A DNA stretch of 55,230 nt from a virus (lineage: Duplodnaviria > Caudoviricetes): positions 1 to 55,230 of IMG/VR virus record IMGVR_UViG_3300042397_000935; one strand, given 5' to 3'. Shown in pieces: positions 8,367 to 18,331 of the stretch. Under the pieces are notes generated by a model. That model had not been told where the DNA came from and made no database searches. It saw only the letters and a list, made by a program, of their open reading frames with translations. The position numbers and the translations under genes are program-made. How positions within the stretch are numbered: position 1 is the stretch's first letter; every line of letters begins with the position of its first letter.

Positions 8367-10673
8367 TTACTTGATTAAATGAGCTACAACTTTTACTGCC
8401 GAGTTAGCCACTGTTTGCACAAGATATAAATTAACGTTAGCAGTATCAGTATTTGCTATAAATGTTCCTAGTGGAGATGCACCACCATTTGAGGCGACTG
8501 TGCCATACGTAGTTACAAAAGCGTTTCCTGCACCATCGTGAGCAAGAACAAGTTCAGAAAGCTGCGTATTGCTACCTTTCTTTACTTGAACTTCAAACTT
8601 ACCGGATGAGTACGTAGCTTTAGTGAAGCGGTAAACTAGAACTGCACCGACTGTTGAACCAAGATCAGCATTTGAAGACACATCAACTACATAATCTGTT
8701 TTGAATGTAGCAGTTCCACCGATTGCAACTGCGCCTGTTAGGGTTGATTGACCGGCAACTGTTAATGTACCATCAGTTTCAATTGCAGTAGATGTAATAA
8801 ATGTATTAACGCTATTGTTACCAACATTAATTCTATCTAATGTAAGATTGACGTTGGCGCCAACATTGATTGCAACACTTGCATTTGCTGTTGTGGTATT
8901 TAATCCACCAGCGGCATTTGCAAGACCGGCAACTGTTAAAGTATTAGCTAGTGATGTTGCGCCAACAACACCAAGCGTACTGGCAAGATTTGCTGCGCCA
9001 GCTATACTTAAAGTATTTGATAGCGTAGCATTGCCAGTTACACTAAGCGTATTAGCTAGCGTTACTGCCCCAACAACACCAAGGGTGCTAGCAAGATTTG
9101 CTGCGCCAGTTACACTGAGTGTATTTGAAAGAGTTGTGGTATTAGCAACTGTGAGTGTGCCGTCTGTTTCAATTGCAGTAGATGTAATAAATGTATTAAC
9201 ACTATTGTTACCAACGTTAATTCTTGTCGTTGTTAGATTAACATTAGCACCAACATTCATCTCTGTAGTAGCATTTGCTGTTGTGGTATTTAATCCACCA
9301 GCGGCATTTGCTAAACCAGCCACGGTTAGTGTATTTGAAAGTGTTGCAGCACCGGTTACACCGAGTGTACTTGATAGTGCTGTTGCACCTAAAACACCAA
9401 GCGTTCCAGCCACATTGGCGGAATTCTGCAGATTTGCAGCACCAATAACATTGAATGTATTTGATAAGATTGTTGCGCCAGTTACGTTTAGTGTATTCAA
9501 AAGTGTTGTTGCACCCGTAACAGTAATGGTATTTGATAGCGTAACGTTACCTGTAACAGCAACAGTATTTGAGAACGTAGCATTACCTGTAATAGTAACC
9601 GCATTTGAGAACGTAGCATTGCCTGTAACACCAAGCGTACCTAATGCATTAGCTGCTCCTGTTATGCCTAATGTACTTAATACGTTAGCCGCGCCGGCAA
9701 CGCTTAAGGTGTTTGATAATATGACATTACCGGTAACAGCAACGGCGTTTGAGAACGTAGCATTGCCTGTAACAGTAATGACATTTGAGAACGTAGCATT
9801 ACCTGTAACACCGAGTGTACTTAGAGCATTTGCTGCGCCAGAGATGCCAAGTGTGCTTAATGCATTTGCTGCACCAGAGATGCCAAGTGTGCTCAACAGG
9901 TTTGCTGCGCCAGTCACACTGAGTGTATTTGATAAGGTAGCATTGCCTGTTACTGTAATAGTATTTGCAAAGTTGGCATTTGATACAACATTTGCTGCAC
10001 CCGAAATTGTCAGATAGTCTGTTGGCGTAATTGTAAGATTGGCACCGCCTGCCCAAGATCCATTACCAAACGTACTATTAACTGATGCGTTACCAATATG
10101 CAATGTCGTAGCGTTAGCAAAGATATTGGCACCAACTGCTATAGCAGTTGTATTACCGGTAAAGATCCCAGTGCGGAAACTAATTGGTGTTATGTTTGCA
10201 GTAGAGGTACTATTTGCAATTTGAATTAGCGATGGACTAATATTTGTGTTTACAATTGAATTAGATTGTGTTATAATAGCTGTGCTATTCACAAACGAAT
10301 TAGCCGTTCCTAAGCCAAGGTAAACACCGACTGGATTGATAAAGCTATTCGATGTACTGTTACCAGCAAGAACACGAATGCCTGCATCAGCCGCAACATA
10401 AGCTGTTGCATTACTGGTGATCAGAAGGTTGGCAACCAGACCGCCTACCTGAACGTTACCACCACGAAGTGCAGTTGTAACCACAATGTTATTTGCACCG
10501 AACGTTCCCCATAACTGAGATGTACGGCTAATTGTGCCGTTACCGGTATTTGCAACCGTTGTGTTTGCGGTAATAATTTCAGTCGATAATGCGTTTAGCA
10601 GATCATTGGTCTTGAGCAACCAAAGTTCAAAACTATCAGTAATGATATCAACGTTAGCTACTTGTCTTGCCAT
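8367..10673 (-). CDS. Long beta-repeat tail fibre protein
   Basis: 12-aa periodic repeats (VTGNATFSNxx, GAANxLSTLG); N-terminal TDSFELWLLKTN; C-terminal YSSGKF...QLSELVLAHDG domain. Confidence 0.8.
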   Translation of the reverse strand: MARQVANVDIITDSFELWLLKTNDLLNALSTEIITANTTVANTGNGTISRTSQLWGTFGANNIVVTTALRGGNVQVGGLVANLLITSNATAYVAADAGIRVLAGNSTSNSFINPVGVYLGLGTANSFVNSTAIITQSNSIVNTNISPSLIQIANSTSTANITPISFRTGIFTGNTTAIAVGANIFANATTLHIGNASVNSTFGNGSWAGGANLTITPTDYLTISGAANVVSNANFANTITVTGNATLSNTLSVTGAANLLSTLGISGAANALSTLGISGAANALSTLGVTGNATFSNVITVTGNATFSNAVAVTGNVILSNTLSVAGAANVLSTLGITGAANALGTLGVTGNATFSNAVTITGNATFSNTVAVTGNVTLSNTITVTGATTLLNTLNVTGATILSNTFNVIGAANLQNSANVAGTLGVLGATALSSTLGVTGAATLSNTLTVAGLANAAGGLNTTTANATTEMNVGANVNLTTTRINVGNNSVNTFITSTAIETDGTLTVANTTTLSNTLSVTGAANLASTLGVVGAVTLANTLSVTGNATLSNTLSIAGAANLASTLGVVGATSLANTLTVAGLANAAGGLNTTTANASVAINVGANVNLTLDRINVGNNSVNTFITSTAIETDGTLTVAGQSTLTGAVAIGGTATFKTDYVVDVSSNADLGSTVGAVLVYRFTKATYSSGKFEVQVKKGSNTQLSELVLAHDGAGNAFVTTYGTVASNGGASPLGTFIANTDTANVNLYLVQTVANSAVKVVAHLIK
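8777..9990 (-). repeat. 36-bp periodic coding repeats plus a 390-bp-offset internal duplication
   Basis: gcatttgctgttgtggtatttaatccaccagcggcatttgc identical at 8881 and 9271; tttgagaacgtagcatt recurs at 9568, 9604, 9748 and 9784. Confidence 0.9.
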
Positions 10674-10882
10674 TAATTATTCCTGTGTACTAACTGTAGT
10701 AAAAGCGATTTGATATCCTGAAGATCTTTTTCAACTTCATCAATTCTATTGCAAAGATTATTGGTTTTTCTGCTTGATTCACGAGCAGCCAAGAACTTTT
10801 TATATTCTTCTTCATTATTGTTTATGATAACACCGGTGTCAGTATCTTTGACATAACCGATGTGATTCGTTTCAACTAACAT
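10673..10882 (-). CDS. Conserved small T4-like protein
   Basis: KDTDTGVIIN followed by a short coiled coil; translationally coupled on both sides. Confidence 0.7.
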   Translation of the reverse strand: MLVETNHIGYVKDTDTGVIINNNEEEYKKFLAARESSRKTNNLCNRIDEVEKDLQDIKSLLLQLVHRNN

Positions 10883-12963
10883 TATGCAGAAACTCCAATA
10901 ACCTGCACTTGTTCTACCCTCGGTACAGTATGTGTTGTTTCTGAAAGAAGAACAATTTTAAGTTGCATTGTGTTATATGTATCAAACTCAGTATACGATG
11001 ATGTAACATATCTAGCAACATTGTCATTAGCAATATTATTCCATGCTGCATTCTTGTATTTAAGTTTATCAATACCAACATCACCAATAATATTTGCATT
11101 TGTGATTGTTTTGAATAGAGTGATTGTGCTACTAGTTACAGTTGCAACCGGGAACACTTCATGATTTTCCGGTGTTAAAGCACTATATACACGAATCAAA
11201 TTACCAGTTGATATTGCAGATGTCTGATCTACAGTAGTATTAATAGTGTTGCTGCCTGACGCCGTCAAGAATGCTCCAGATAGGCCTGTGTGGAATTCAG
11301 GATACGATGGAAGACCGTATGTATATTCCCAGATATCTTTAGGATCTTCTGTACTGAAACGATCTGTGTTATTTTTTAGTTCTAATGGCGACCATGCTTT
11401 ATCATCAAAAGATTCTTTGTCAGCAGAGTTATGCAACTTGGCATAAACTTTAATTTGTGTTCCAGCTGGACGGTAACCTGCCAGATATACAACAATATCT
11501 TCTGCGTACTTGCCTTCACCAAATGAAATCTTTTTAGAGATATATTTTGATTTGGCCAAACCATTGCGATCTACTTCTGTATCATAACCTGTAATACCGC
11601 CACGTGTTTCTGTGATAGTACTATTGATATCATTTTGATAGAAGAAGAAGTCTAATTCGCCAGTATTAATGTAAGGAACCGAGAAGCGATTTACTTCTGA
11701 TACTAATACGTTAAATGTAAGATTAGCAACAGATGACTTTCTATACGTTCCATACAAATTCGTTGCATCTACTTCTAAAGATCTTGAAAGAAGATATGAT
11801 TCGCGAGGTGCGTTATTAAACTTTAGAAGTTCCAAATTGGTTGCTGATGGAGGCATCGCATTAGACGCGTTTGCAACATTATAAGTCATAGTATAGTTAG
11901 ACGTTGTAGGATTACCAATCAAGAATGTTGGTTTGAAATTATCAACCTGGAATCTGTCAACGGATACAACATTTGCAGAACTATTGGATCTAATTCCGAT
12001 AATTCTTTCTCCTGCCAAAAACTTAACTGAACTATTAGCAGACGAATCTGATAGATACACTTTGTTTTTGCTATAGTCGGTAAAATAAACCGTGCCCACG
12101 GGTGGTACTTTAAACCCAATGCCTGTTGCACTAAAGCTAGGATACTTATCGACATTGATCGATGTGTTGCTATTAATATTCGTGACGGTTAAAATATCTC
12201 TATTGCTACGGTCAGCGCTGACTAACACAATCTTATCATCAATTGCATAACTATCGAAGAGTGTGCTTGTTCCAATAATTACATTACTGCCGGTTGTAAA
12301 TGTTACAGTACCAGTAGTGTTTGCAACATTCTGATACACCCATTCGCCACCAGTAAAAGTACCAGATATAGAATTGTCTACAGTGAAAAACTCGTAGTCT
12401 TTATTGACAAGTGGAATGCTAACATTATTAGAAACAAATTGTGCAACTTTGACTTTGAATTTTAGATCTTTATTGCTAAACTTATCAAACGTATTTGAGT
12501 TTGTAGCCTTATAAAGGAACCCATCAAATCTTGACTGTGAACCAGGCGAAGCAGTATTTGTAACACCTCCAGCACCGATCAAATTATCACCTTGAACATT
12601 GGTCCAGATATCATATGCAGGATCATTATACTTGATAACAATACCGTAATAACGTCCGGTCTTAAGAAGAACAGGATTGGTAAATCCTACAACCGTAGGT
12701 GTCTGTGCATCATTACTGATATTAACAGAATCGTATCCAATTGCTTGAACAGAATTTAAAAGAGTGATATTTGGATTAGGATCACCGTTTTCAACATCAC
12801 AAATCCAGACGTTAATACCTGGTTTTAAAGTACCACTGATATTGGCGCCTTCTACTGGCTTTGCCTTAAAGAATAGATCTACAGATGTTAACATGATTTC
12901 AGCTGCATTTGCAACTGTATCAGGATTTACATAAAATGTTTGGATGTAGTCAAAATTAGACAT
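10882..12963 (-). CDS. Virion structural protein resembling the C-terminal part of DUF4815/VrlC-like proteins
   Basis: QTFYV...LTSVDLFFKAKP, DLKFKVKVAQF, KYISKKI and final LKIVL...VPRV motifs. Confidence 0.7.
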   Translation of the reverse strand: MSNFDYIQTFYVNPDTVANAAEIMLTSVDLFFKAKPVEGANISGTLKPGINVWICDVENGDPNPNITLLNSVQAIGYDSVNISNDAQTPTVVGFTNPVLLKTGRYYGIVIKYNDPAYDIWTNVQGDNLIGAGGVTNTASPGSQSRFDGFLYKATNSNTFDKFSNKDLKFKVKVAQFVSNNVSIPLVNKDYEFFTVDNSISGTFTGGEWVYQNVANTTGTVTFTTGSNVIIGTSTLFDSYAIDDKIVLVSADRSNRDILTVTNINSNTSINVDKYPSFSATGIGFKVPPVGTVYFTDYSKNKVYLSDSSANSSVKFLAGERIIGIRSNSSANVVSVDRFQVDNFKPTFLIGNPTTSNYTMTYNVANASNAMPPSATNLELLKFNNAPRESYLLSRSLEVDATNLYGTYRKSSVANLTFNVLVSEVNRFSVPYINTGELDFFFYQNDINSTITETRGGITGYDTEVDRNGLAKSKYISKKISFGEGKYAEDIVVYLAGYRPAGTQIKVYAKLHNSADKESFDDKAWSPLELKNNTDRFSTEDPKDIWEYTYGLPSYPEFHTGLSGAFLTASGSNTINTTVDQTSAISTGNLIRVYSALTPENHEVFPVATVTSSTITLFKTITNANIIGDVGIDKLKYKNAAWNNIANDNVARYVTSSYTEFDTYNTMQLKIVLLSETTHTVPRVEQVQVIGVSA

Positions 12964-12985
12964 TAATTCCTCGTGTTCTTTTCTT

Positions 12986-12993
12986 TATTTATA
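12986..12993 (-). promoter_or_regulatory. T4-type late promoter TATAAATA
   Basis: Exact consensus in the 39-nt intergenic gap; GAGG RBS follows. Confidence 0.75.
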
Positions 12994-13002
12994 TTCATTA
13001 AA

Positions 13003-16000
13003 TCAACGCAGTTGCTCGCGACCACCGTTAATGTCTCTATAATTAATAATATTTGTATTCTTTCTATCAATCGCATCATTTACTGCTTGAGAAGTAAATA
13101 TTTCAGCCGCCTGAGCAGTTGAAGGTTTTTCAGTAGTTGTTGATACCATTGTAGCAGTCTGTGTTGTATTAAGACCAGATGCATTGTTATAATCAAACGG
13201 AATGTTTGTGTAGTACTTAAGGCCAATTGAACTTGATGCCTTCGAGTTTCCGTCATATGACTCTACACTAAAGATCTTTGTTCCTGCTGTTGCAGATCCA
13301 AGTTTATTTCTTTGTTGCAGATCACTTGTAGCTTCATCAATTCCAGCATCATAGTAGAAATCAAAGTTCAGAATACCATTAGCATCCGAAAGAAGACCGC
13401 TCGTATTGGTTGTTGATGTTCTTGTTTGTGAACATTTTGCTGTTTTGTCTTCGTTGTCAAACACAAACTTGTGATATGTATTTGGCTTCAGGCCAGTAAT
13501 CGAGATAGCAAACTTTTGTGCATCAGAGATATATTCACTAATTTCGACCGGCGAATAATAATCAAGATACGCATATTGGTTTGAAAGCATGATAGTAAAT
13601 TCAGATGGAGAAATCTGATGAACAATACCACTGTACTCAAAGTTTGCAGGATTTGAAACAATCTTAGTTTGTGTTGTTACAACATCCGATGGATAGTATA
13701 GTTTAAATCCGAACGTACCTGAGCGGCCTTGGCCACCACGGTTTTTGCCTTTATATACACGGATCTTATAATAAATGCCGGCATTAGGATCATGTGACCA
13801 TGACATTTTGAATTGATCTTCAATAAATCCGCCAACTGGACCGTATGACTTACGTCTCATCTCATTTGGATGCTCGATTTTTCTACCATCATTTAGAACG
13901 GATAGACCTTTTGTAGTAATATCTGTTGGTGTAATTGGAAGAGCACTTGCTGATGTATGTGTTGTAACAAATTCACCACCAGATATTGTTGCCTGGTATA
14001 TTTCAACTGCTATATTGTTATCGCGGCTGTTGATATAAAATTCTACTGGACCAGCAAGAGTACTCAATGTATAGAAGAATTCTTCGAATACATTACCGCT
14101 ATCGCTGTTTGAAGTACTACGTTGTGACTGCAGAGCAACAGAAGTTTGTTGTTGAACTGATGTTACCGTGATAGGACCTTCTACTGTTCCATTAGTTGCA
14201 TCATTCTGAGAAATAAGTGTAAACTCATTATACGGAAGAGTTACAACACCTGTAAAACCATCCTCAGGACGGAATTCAAGATTTAGTTCAGTTAGACGCG
14301 GATTAAGTTGATCGTCTTTAATTGTAGCATAAAACTCTGGATTGCCAAGGTCTGCATAGTTATAATCTGTGAATGGATCAACAAAGAAACCAAAGCGGAA
14401 ACGATCGACTAACGCATCAAGCGAAGATGGAATATAACGTGATTTTGCAAGGGCTTCTGCCAGAGTAAATGATACGTAGTATTCAAGATCCTTGATTCTC
14501 TTTTCAAGAGAAGCAATATCTGTCATCTTGTATCCTTTGACTTGGATACGTGCACGATCCTGGACATTGATCTGTGGTGTTACTGTATACGTCTTGAGCC
14601 TACGGCCGTATGACTCATTAGTAACCTTAGTATCAATAATCTTTGCTATATCATTTGACAGAGCTTGTGGCAATGAAGGATATGCAGGAATTGTAAGAAT
14701 CTGAAGTGTCAGACTGTTCTTTGGTTCAGGAGGAATATCATTTAAGAATCCATTTTTCCCGGTACGAACCACAAAGTCACCTGTACTGTCAACAACAACA
14801 CGATCAGAACGACCAAGATAATATTCAATGTTTGCAGTCAAATCTGTATCTGGTGCAGGGAAAAACTTATTATCTGCAGAAAACCTATTAGCGGGCGATG
14901 GTTCATCAGGATTTATAATTGATGCTGCATTAGCACCCGCTGCAACTGTAGAAATATCCGTGATTAGAGCAATGGTATTAGCTGAACGTGGACGGAAATC
15001 ATACTGATCGCGAAGATCATAATAGGTACCGCTCGTTCCAAGAATTTCTGGAATTTCCATAGTATGAACATTTGCTTGTGCCATAAGCGCATCAAAGCCC
15101 AGATCATCGCTGATTCTGTATGAGCTAATTGTTTTTACGCTGACATCGCCACCTTCAAATGCATCGTATTGTACAAGAAGAACTGTATCAGAACCTAGTA
15201 CGGTTGCACGAGGCTTTCTGTACAGATAAGATGTATCTAGATAATCTTCTTTTTGATTTGTATCAATATAGAAGTCATTTGTCACATCCGCAACACCATA
15301 TGTGTTACCAGTAAAGAAGATTGGTTGACCAGTAAGTGTGTGATTTTCTGAAGTTGCCGTTGCAGTCAGAGTCAGGTTTGCACCACCACGAGTAGAGGCA
15401 AGAGCCATACCGGTGCTGTTTGCGTAGACAGCATAATAAGTGTTAGTGTCTGTCAGACCAGTAACGGTTGTAGTATTATCAGCATAAACTACTGAATCGC
15501 CGTTTGCAAATGGGTTATTTGAGATAACGATAAACGCGCTGCCCGTCCCAGAACCCGTAATACCTGTATTAGCATTAAATGATAGAGCTTGTGAAGCACC
15601 ATTTGCCAAATATACTTTTCTCAGTCGGAATGCATCAGATACACCAAGCGCCCATGGCCCACGAACACCACCACTATTGTTAGAACAAACAGCACGCGAA
15701 TATATTCCTCGCTTTGCGGTTTTATTTGATGAACTTATGCCTGATCGTGTTGCGTTATACGTAAACATAACGTTGGCAGTTGACGATCCATTGGCAGTAT
15801 TAGCAATGCTTGTGCCCAAATAAATGGAGATCTGTCTGCTATTTGCTGCATTGACATTTGCCCAACGAGTTGATTTACTTGTCAAAGAAATAGGTACGTT
15901 ATTAGGGAAGTACAAAGTAGCACTGCCGCCACTGTATGTCTGTCCTGGTCCTGATGTAAGAACCATTGTAGTTGCACTTGTAACCTGAGCAATTTGTCTG

Positions 16001-18327
16001 ATTACTGGGTTTAAATTGCTTGAATTGGCAAATCGTACAAAGTCACCAGCACTGAATGTGGCATACAGATTTGCTCCGCCAGATGCTAACACATTAGTAT
16101 TTGTTATGCCCCCGGCACCAATCGATACAGTACCTGTTGCAGGAGTTGATGATTGGTAATCGGCTTTAGGAACAATGAGGAGATCTCTTTCGGCCGATGG
16201 ACTCAATACACCGGTGTATGGGAAATTAATACCAGCATCTAGTGTAAGATCAATATAACCATCTGTATTAGCAATCATTGACGGAGAGTTATCAGTTGTT
16301 CTGTATGTGTATGAAATATCTGATACGGATTTCATAGCAGGAACAGAACTATAAAGCAGTGAACTGCCACCAGAATCTTCTAGAACAGCAGCACCAGAAT
16401 CACCTAGAACTACATCTGCAATACCATCGTTAGTGCCATCGAAGAATACAGAACGAACTTTACCAAAGTTCTGCCCGTTGTTCATTACGATGTCAAACAA
16501 ATATAATCTGTACACAGCATTTGGAGTACCAGGTTCACCAGTCTCAAGAGACATTGAACGGATACGTGCTTCACCAATTTTTGCGCCTGGTGATGTAATA
16601 GTAGAACCAGCAGATGATGTAATATAAGTTGCAGGCGTTGAATGAAGTTCAACTAAGCCAGCTGTATTAAATCCAAAGTTACCAGCAAGTTCTTTTACAC
16701 GAACATAATTGCCGTAGCCAAGACGAATCTTGGCATTAGGATTGGTAGCTGTAGCAGTGCCCTTGGCAACGTTGGCCCTGTATTGATCGGTTTCAATACG
16801 GAAACCGTTAATGTAGGCTTTGCCCGGATCGATATTGATTTTAAAGATCGAAGGAGTTTCTGAGAATGTTGTAGAATCGCGAGTCGAAACAATGAACTGA
16901 TCTAGAACATAGTTGCCAGATTCTTCATATGTTCTCTTGGCCATTTCATCGCCAATTATATTATATACAGTGCTTTGATTCTGCTTATAAGGACGTCCAT
17001 CAGCAAACTCGATAATTGGAAGGAAGTCAGTATTTGCATCAGCAACATCTTTATCAAGTACTGTAAGTTCTGGAGTTAACTTAAGACGATCAGCACCAGG
17101 AGCTGCGTAGTTATAAGTGCCAGTAGCGTTATCAAGAAGTGATGTATCTTCATTGCTATCAATAATATCCTCTGATGTATAGAACCCAACCGACTTATCA
17201 AAGCCAGTGTTTGAATACTTGTTGACAACCACAAGCTGTGGTGATACACGTGAGAAGAATCCCTTTTGATAGATAGTACCTTCATCAACAGTTACACCAT
17301 ATCCAGTTCCGATAGGCGTTGTTAACGTATTAGCAACCGAGATTGTTGCTAGGTAGTTAAGAGCTGTGACATCTAATACTCCAATTTGAACATCGGAAAG
17401 GGAAGATGTAGTTTGCTTCATAACAGTAACATGTGGAGGAACATAATATCCAGTTCCTTGAGCAACAATAGAAATAGATGTTACTTTACCAAGACCGTCT
17501 GTTACAAGTGAACCAGATGCGCCAGTACCAATAATAGCCACAACGTTTGCAGTATTTGATGTTGTTGCGTTTCTAATAGTATCACCGGCAGAAACACGCC
17601 ACTTTGTAGTATTTGCAGTTACAAGGTCGGCTGCTAGTGGTTTAACTCTCAGGATAAGAACATTGGCATTTGTGGTTGCATCTGTCGAAATGATCTGAAG
17701 ATTAGCCACACCATTTTGAATTGTATGACCTGCTGTAAACGCACCAGATGGGAAAGTATTACCGCCAGTCGAGTTCTGTACAGCAATGGCTGATACAATA
17801 ACTACACCATCATTATTACCAATTAGCGACGACCCATTGATAACACGCGTCTTAAATATTGGATACTGCGGGCTGTATACTGTAAGCGTTTCACCAGCAG
17901 AGAATGTTAGTGTATTCGAATCTGAACCAGATGAATTGTACTTAACATACAGCGTATTAAGATCTGGAGAACGCGATTCGAATCCTGCTACAGTCTTAAC
18001 AATATATCCAGTAACGTTAGAACTATTACGAACTGATAGACCATCATATGCAGTTACAGAAAGCTGTGTTCCATCTGTTTCAACGTCTTTAATTTTTACA
18101 TAAGGAAGAACCGGGTGACGGACAATATTACAGCCTTCAATGATCGTGCCGCGCTTAAAGATATTGTCGCCAAACTTTTCAATTTGGTTTTGTAAAATTG
18201 TCTGGAGTTGATTAAGCTCACGTGCCTGTACGGCTACACCCGGCTTGAAAAGAACACGATAAAAGTTCTTTGTAGGATCGTAGTCATCGTAGTATGGAAA
18301 TACGTTTAGGTCTGATTGCAGAGCCAT
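13003..18327 (-). CDS. Large baseplate/virion structural protein (DUF4815, VrlC-like)
   Basis: PYYDDY...FYRVLFKPG.AVQARELNQLQ, APGADRLK, RTYEESGNY, LEKRIKDLEYY, GFFVDPF. Confidence 0.85.
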   Translation of the reverse strand: MALQSDLNVFPYYDDYDPTKNFYRVLFKPGVAVQARELNQLQTILQNQIEKFGDNIFKRGTIIEGCNIVRHPVLPYVKIKDVETDGTQLSVTAYDGLSVRNSSNVTGYIVKTVAGFESRSPDLNTLYVKYNSSGSDSNTLTFSAGETLTVYSPQYPIFKTRVINGSSLIGNNDGVVIVSAIAVQNSTGGNTFPSGAFTAGHTIQNGVANLQIISTDATTNANVLILRVKPLAADLVTANTTKWRVSAGDTIRNATTSNTANVVAIIGTGASGSLVTDGLGKVTSISIVAQGTGYYVPPHVTVMKQTTSSLSDVQIGVLDVTALNYLATISVANTLTTPIGTGYGVTVDEGTIYQKGFFSRVSPQLVVVNKYSNTGFDKSVGFYTSEDIIDSNEDTSLLDNATGTYNYAAPGADRLKLTPELTVLDKDVADANTDFLPIIEFADGRPYKQNQSTVYNIIGDEMAKRTYEESGNYVLDQFIVSTRDSTTFSETPSIFKINIDPGKAYINGFRIETDQYRANVAKGTATATNPNAKIRLGYGNYVRVKELAGNFGFNTAGLVELHSTPATYITSSAGSTITSPGAKIGEARIRSMSLETGEPGTPNAVYRLYLFDIVMNNGQNFGKVRSVFFDGTNDGIADVVLGDSGAAVLEDSGGSSLLYSSVPAMKSVSDISYTYRTTDNSPSMIANTDGYIDLTLDAGINFPYTGVLSPSAERDLLIVPKADYQSSTPATGTVSIGAGGITNTNVLASGGANLYATFSAGDFVRFANSSNLNPVIRQIAQVTSATTMVLTSGPGQTYSGGSATLYFPNNVPISLTSKSTRWANVNAANSRQISIYLGTSIANTANGSSTANVMFTYNATRSGISSSNKTAKRGIYSRAVCSNNSGGVRGPWALGVSDAFRLRKVYLANGASQALSFNANTGITGSGTGSAFIVISNNPFANGDSVVYADNTTTVTGLTDTNTYYAVYANSTGMALASTRGGANLTLTATATSENHTLTGQPIFFTGNTYGVADVTNDFYIDTNQKEDYLDTSYLYRKPRATVLGSDTVLLVQYDAFEGGDVSVKTISSYRISDDLGFDALMAQANVHTMEIPEILGTSGTYYDLRDQYDFRPRSANTIALITDISTVAAGANAASIINPDEPSPANRFSADNKFFPAPDTDLTANIEYYLGRSDRVVVDSTGDFVVRTGKNGFLNDIPPEPKNSLTLQILTIPAYPSLPQALSNDIAKIIDTKVTNESYGRRLKTYTVTPQINVQDRARIQVKGYKMTDIASLEKRIKDLEYYVSFTLAEALAKSRYIPSSLDALVDRFRFGFFVDPFTDYNYADLGNPEFYATIKDDQLNPRLTELNLEFRPEDGFTGVVTLPYNEFTLISQNDATNGTVEGPITVTSVQQQTSVALQSQRSTSNSDSGNVFEEFFYTLSTLAGPVEFYINSRDNNIAVEIYQATISGGEFVTTHTSASALPITPTDITTKGLSVLNDGRKIEHPNEMRRKSYGPVGGFIEDQFKMSWSHDPNAGIYYKIRVYKGKNRGGQGRSGTFGFKLYYPSDVVTTQTKIVSNPANFEYSGIVHQISPSEFTIMLSNQYAYLDYYSPVEISEYISDAQKFAISITGLKPNTYHKFVFDNEDKTAKCSQTRTSTTNTSGLLSDANGILNFDFYYDAGIDEATSDLQQRNKLGSATAGTKIFSVESYDGNSKASSSIGLKYYTNIPFDYNNASGLNTTQTATMVSTTTEKPSTAQAAEIFTSQAVNDAIDRKNTNIINYRDINGGREQLR

Positions 18328-18331
18328 TTAA

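Noticed and set aside
8815-10017. 400-aa plus-strand ORF
   Set aside because: Antisense shadow of the repetitive fibre gene, whose codon bias leaves the opposite frame stop-free
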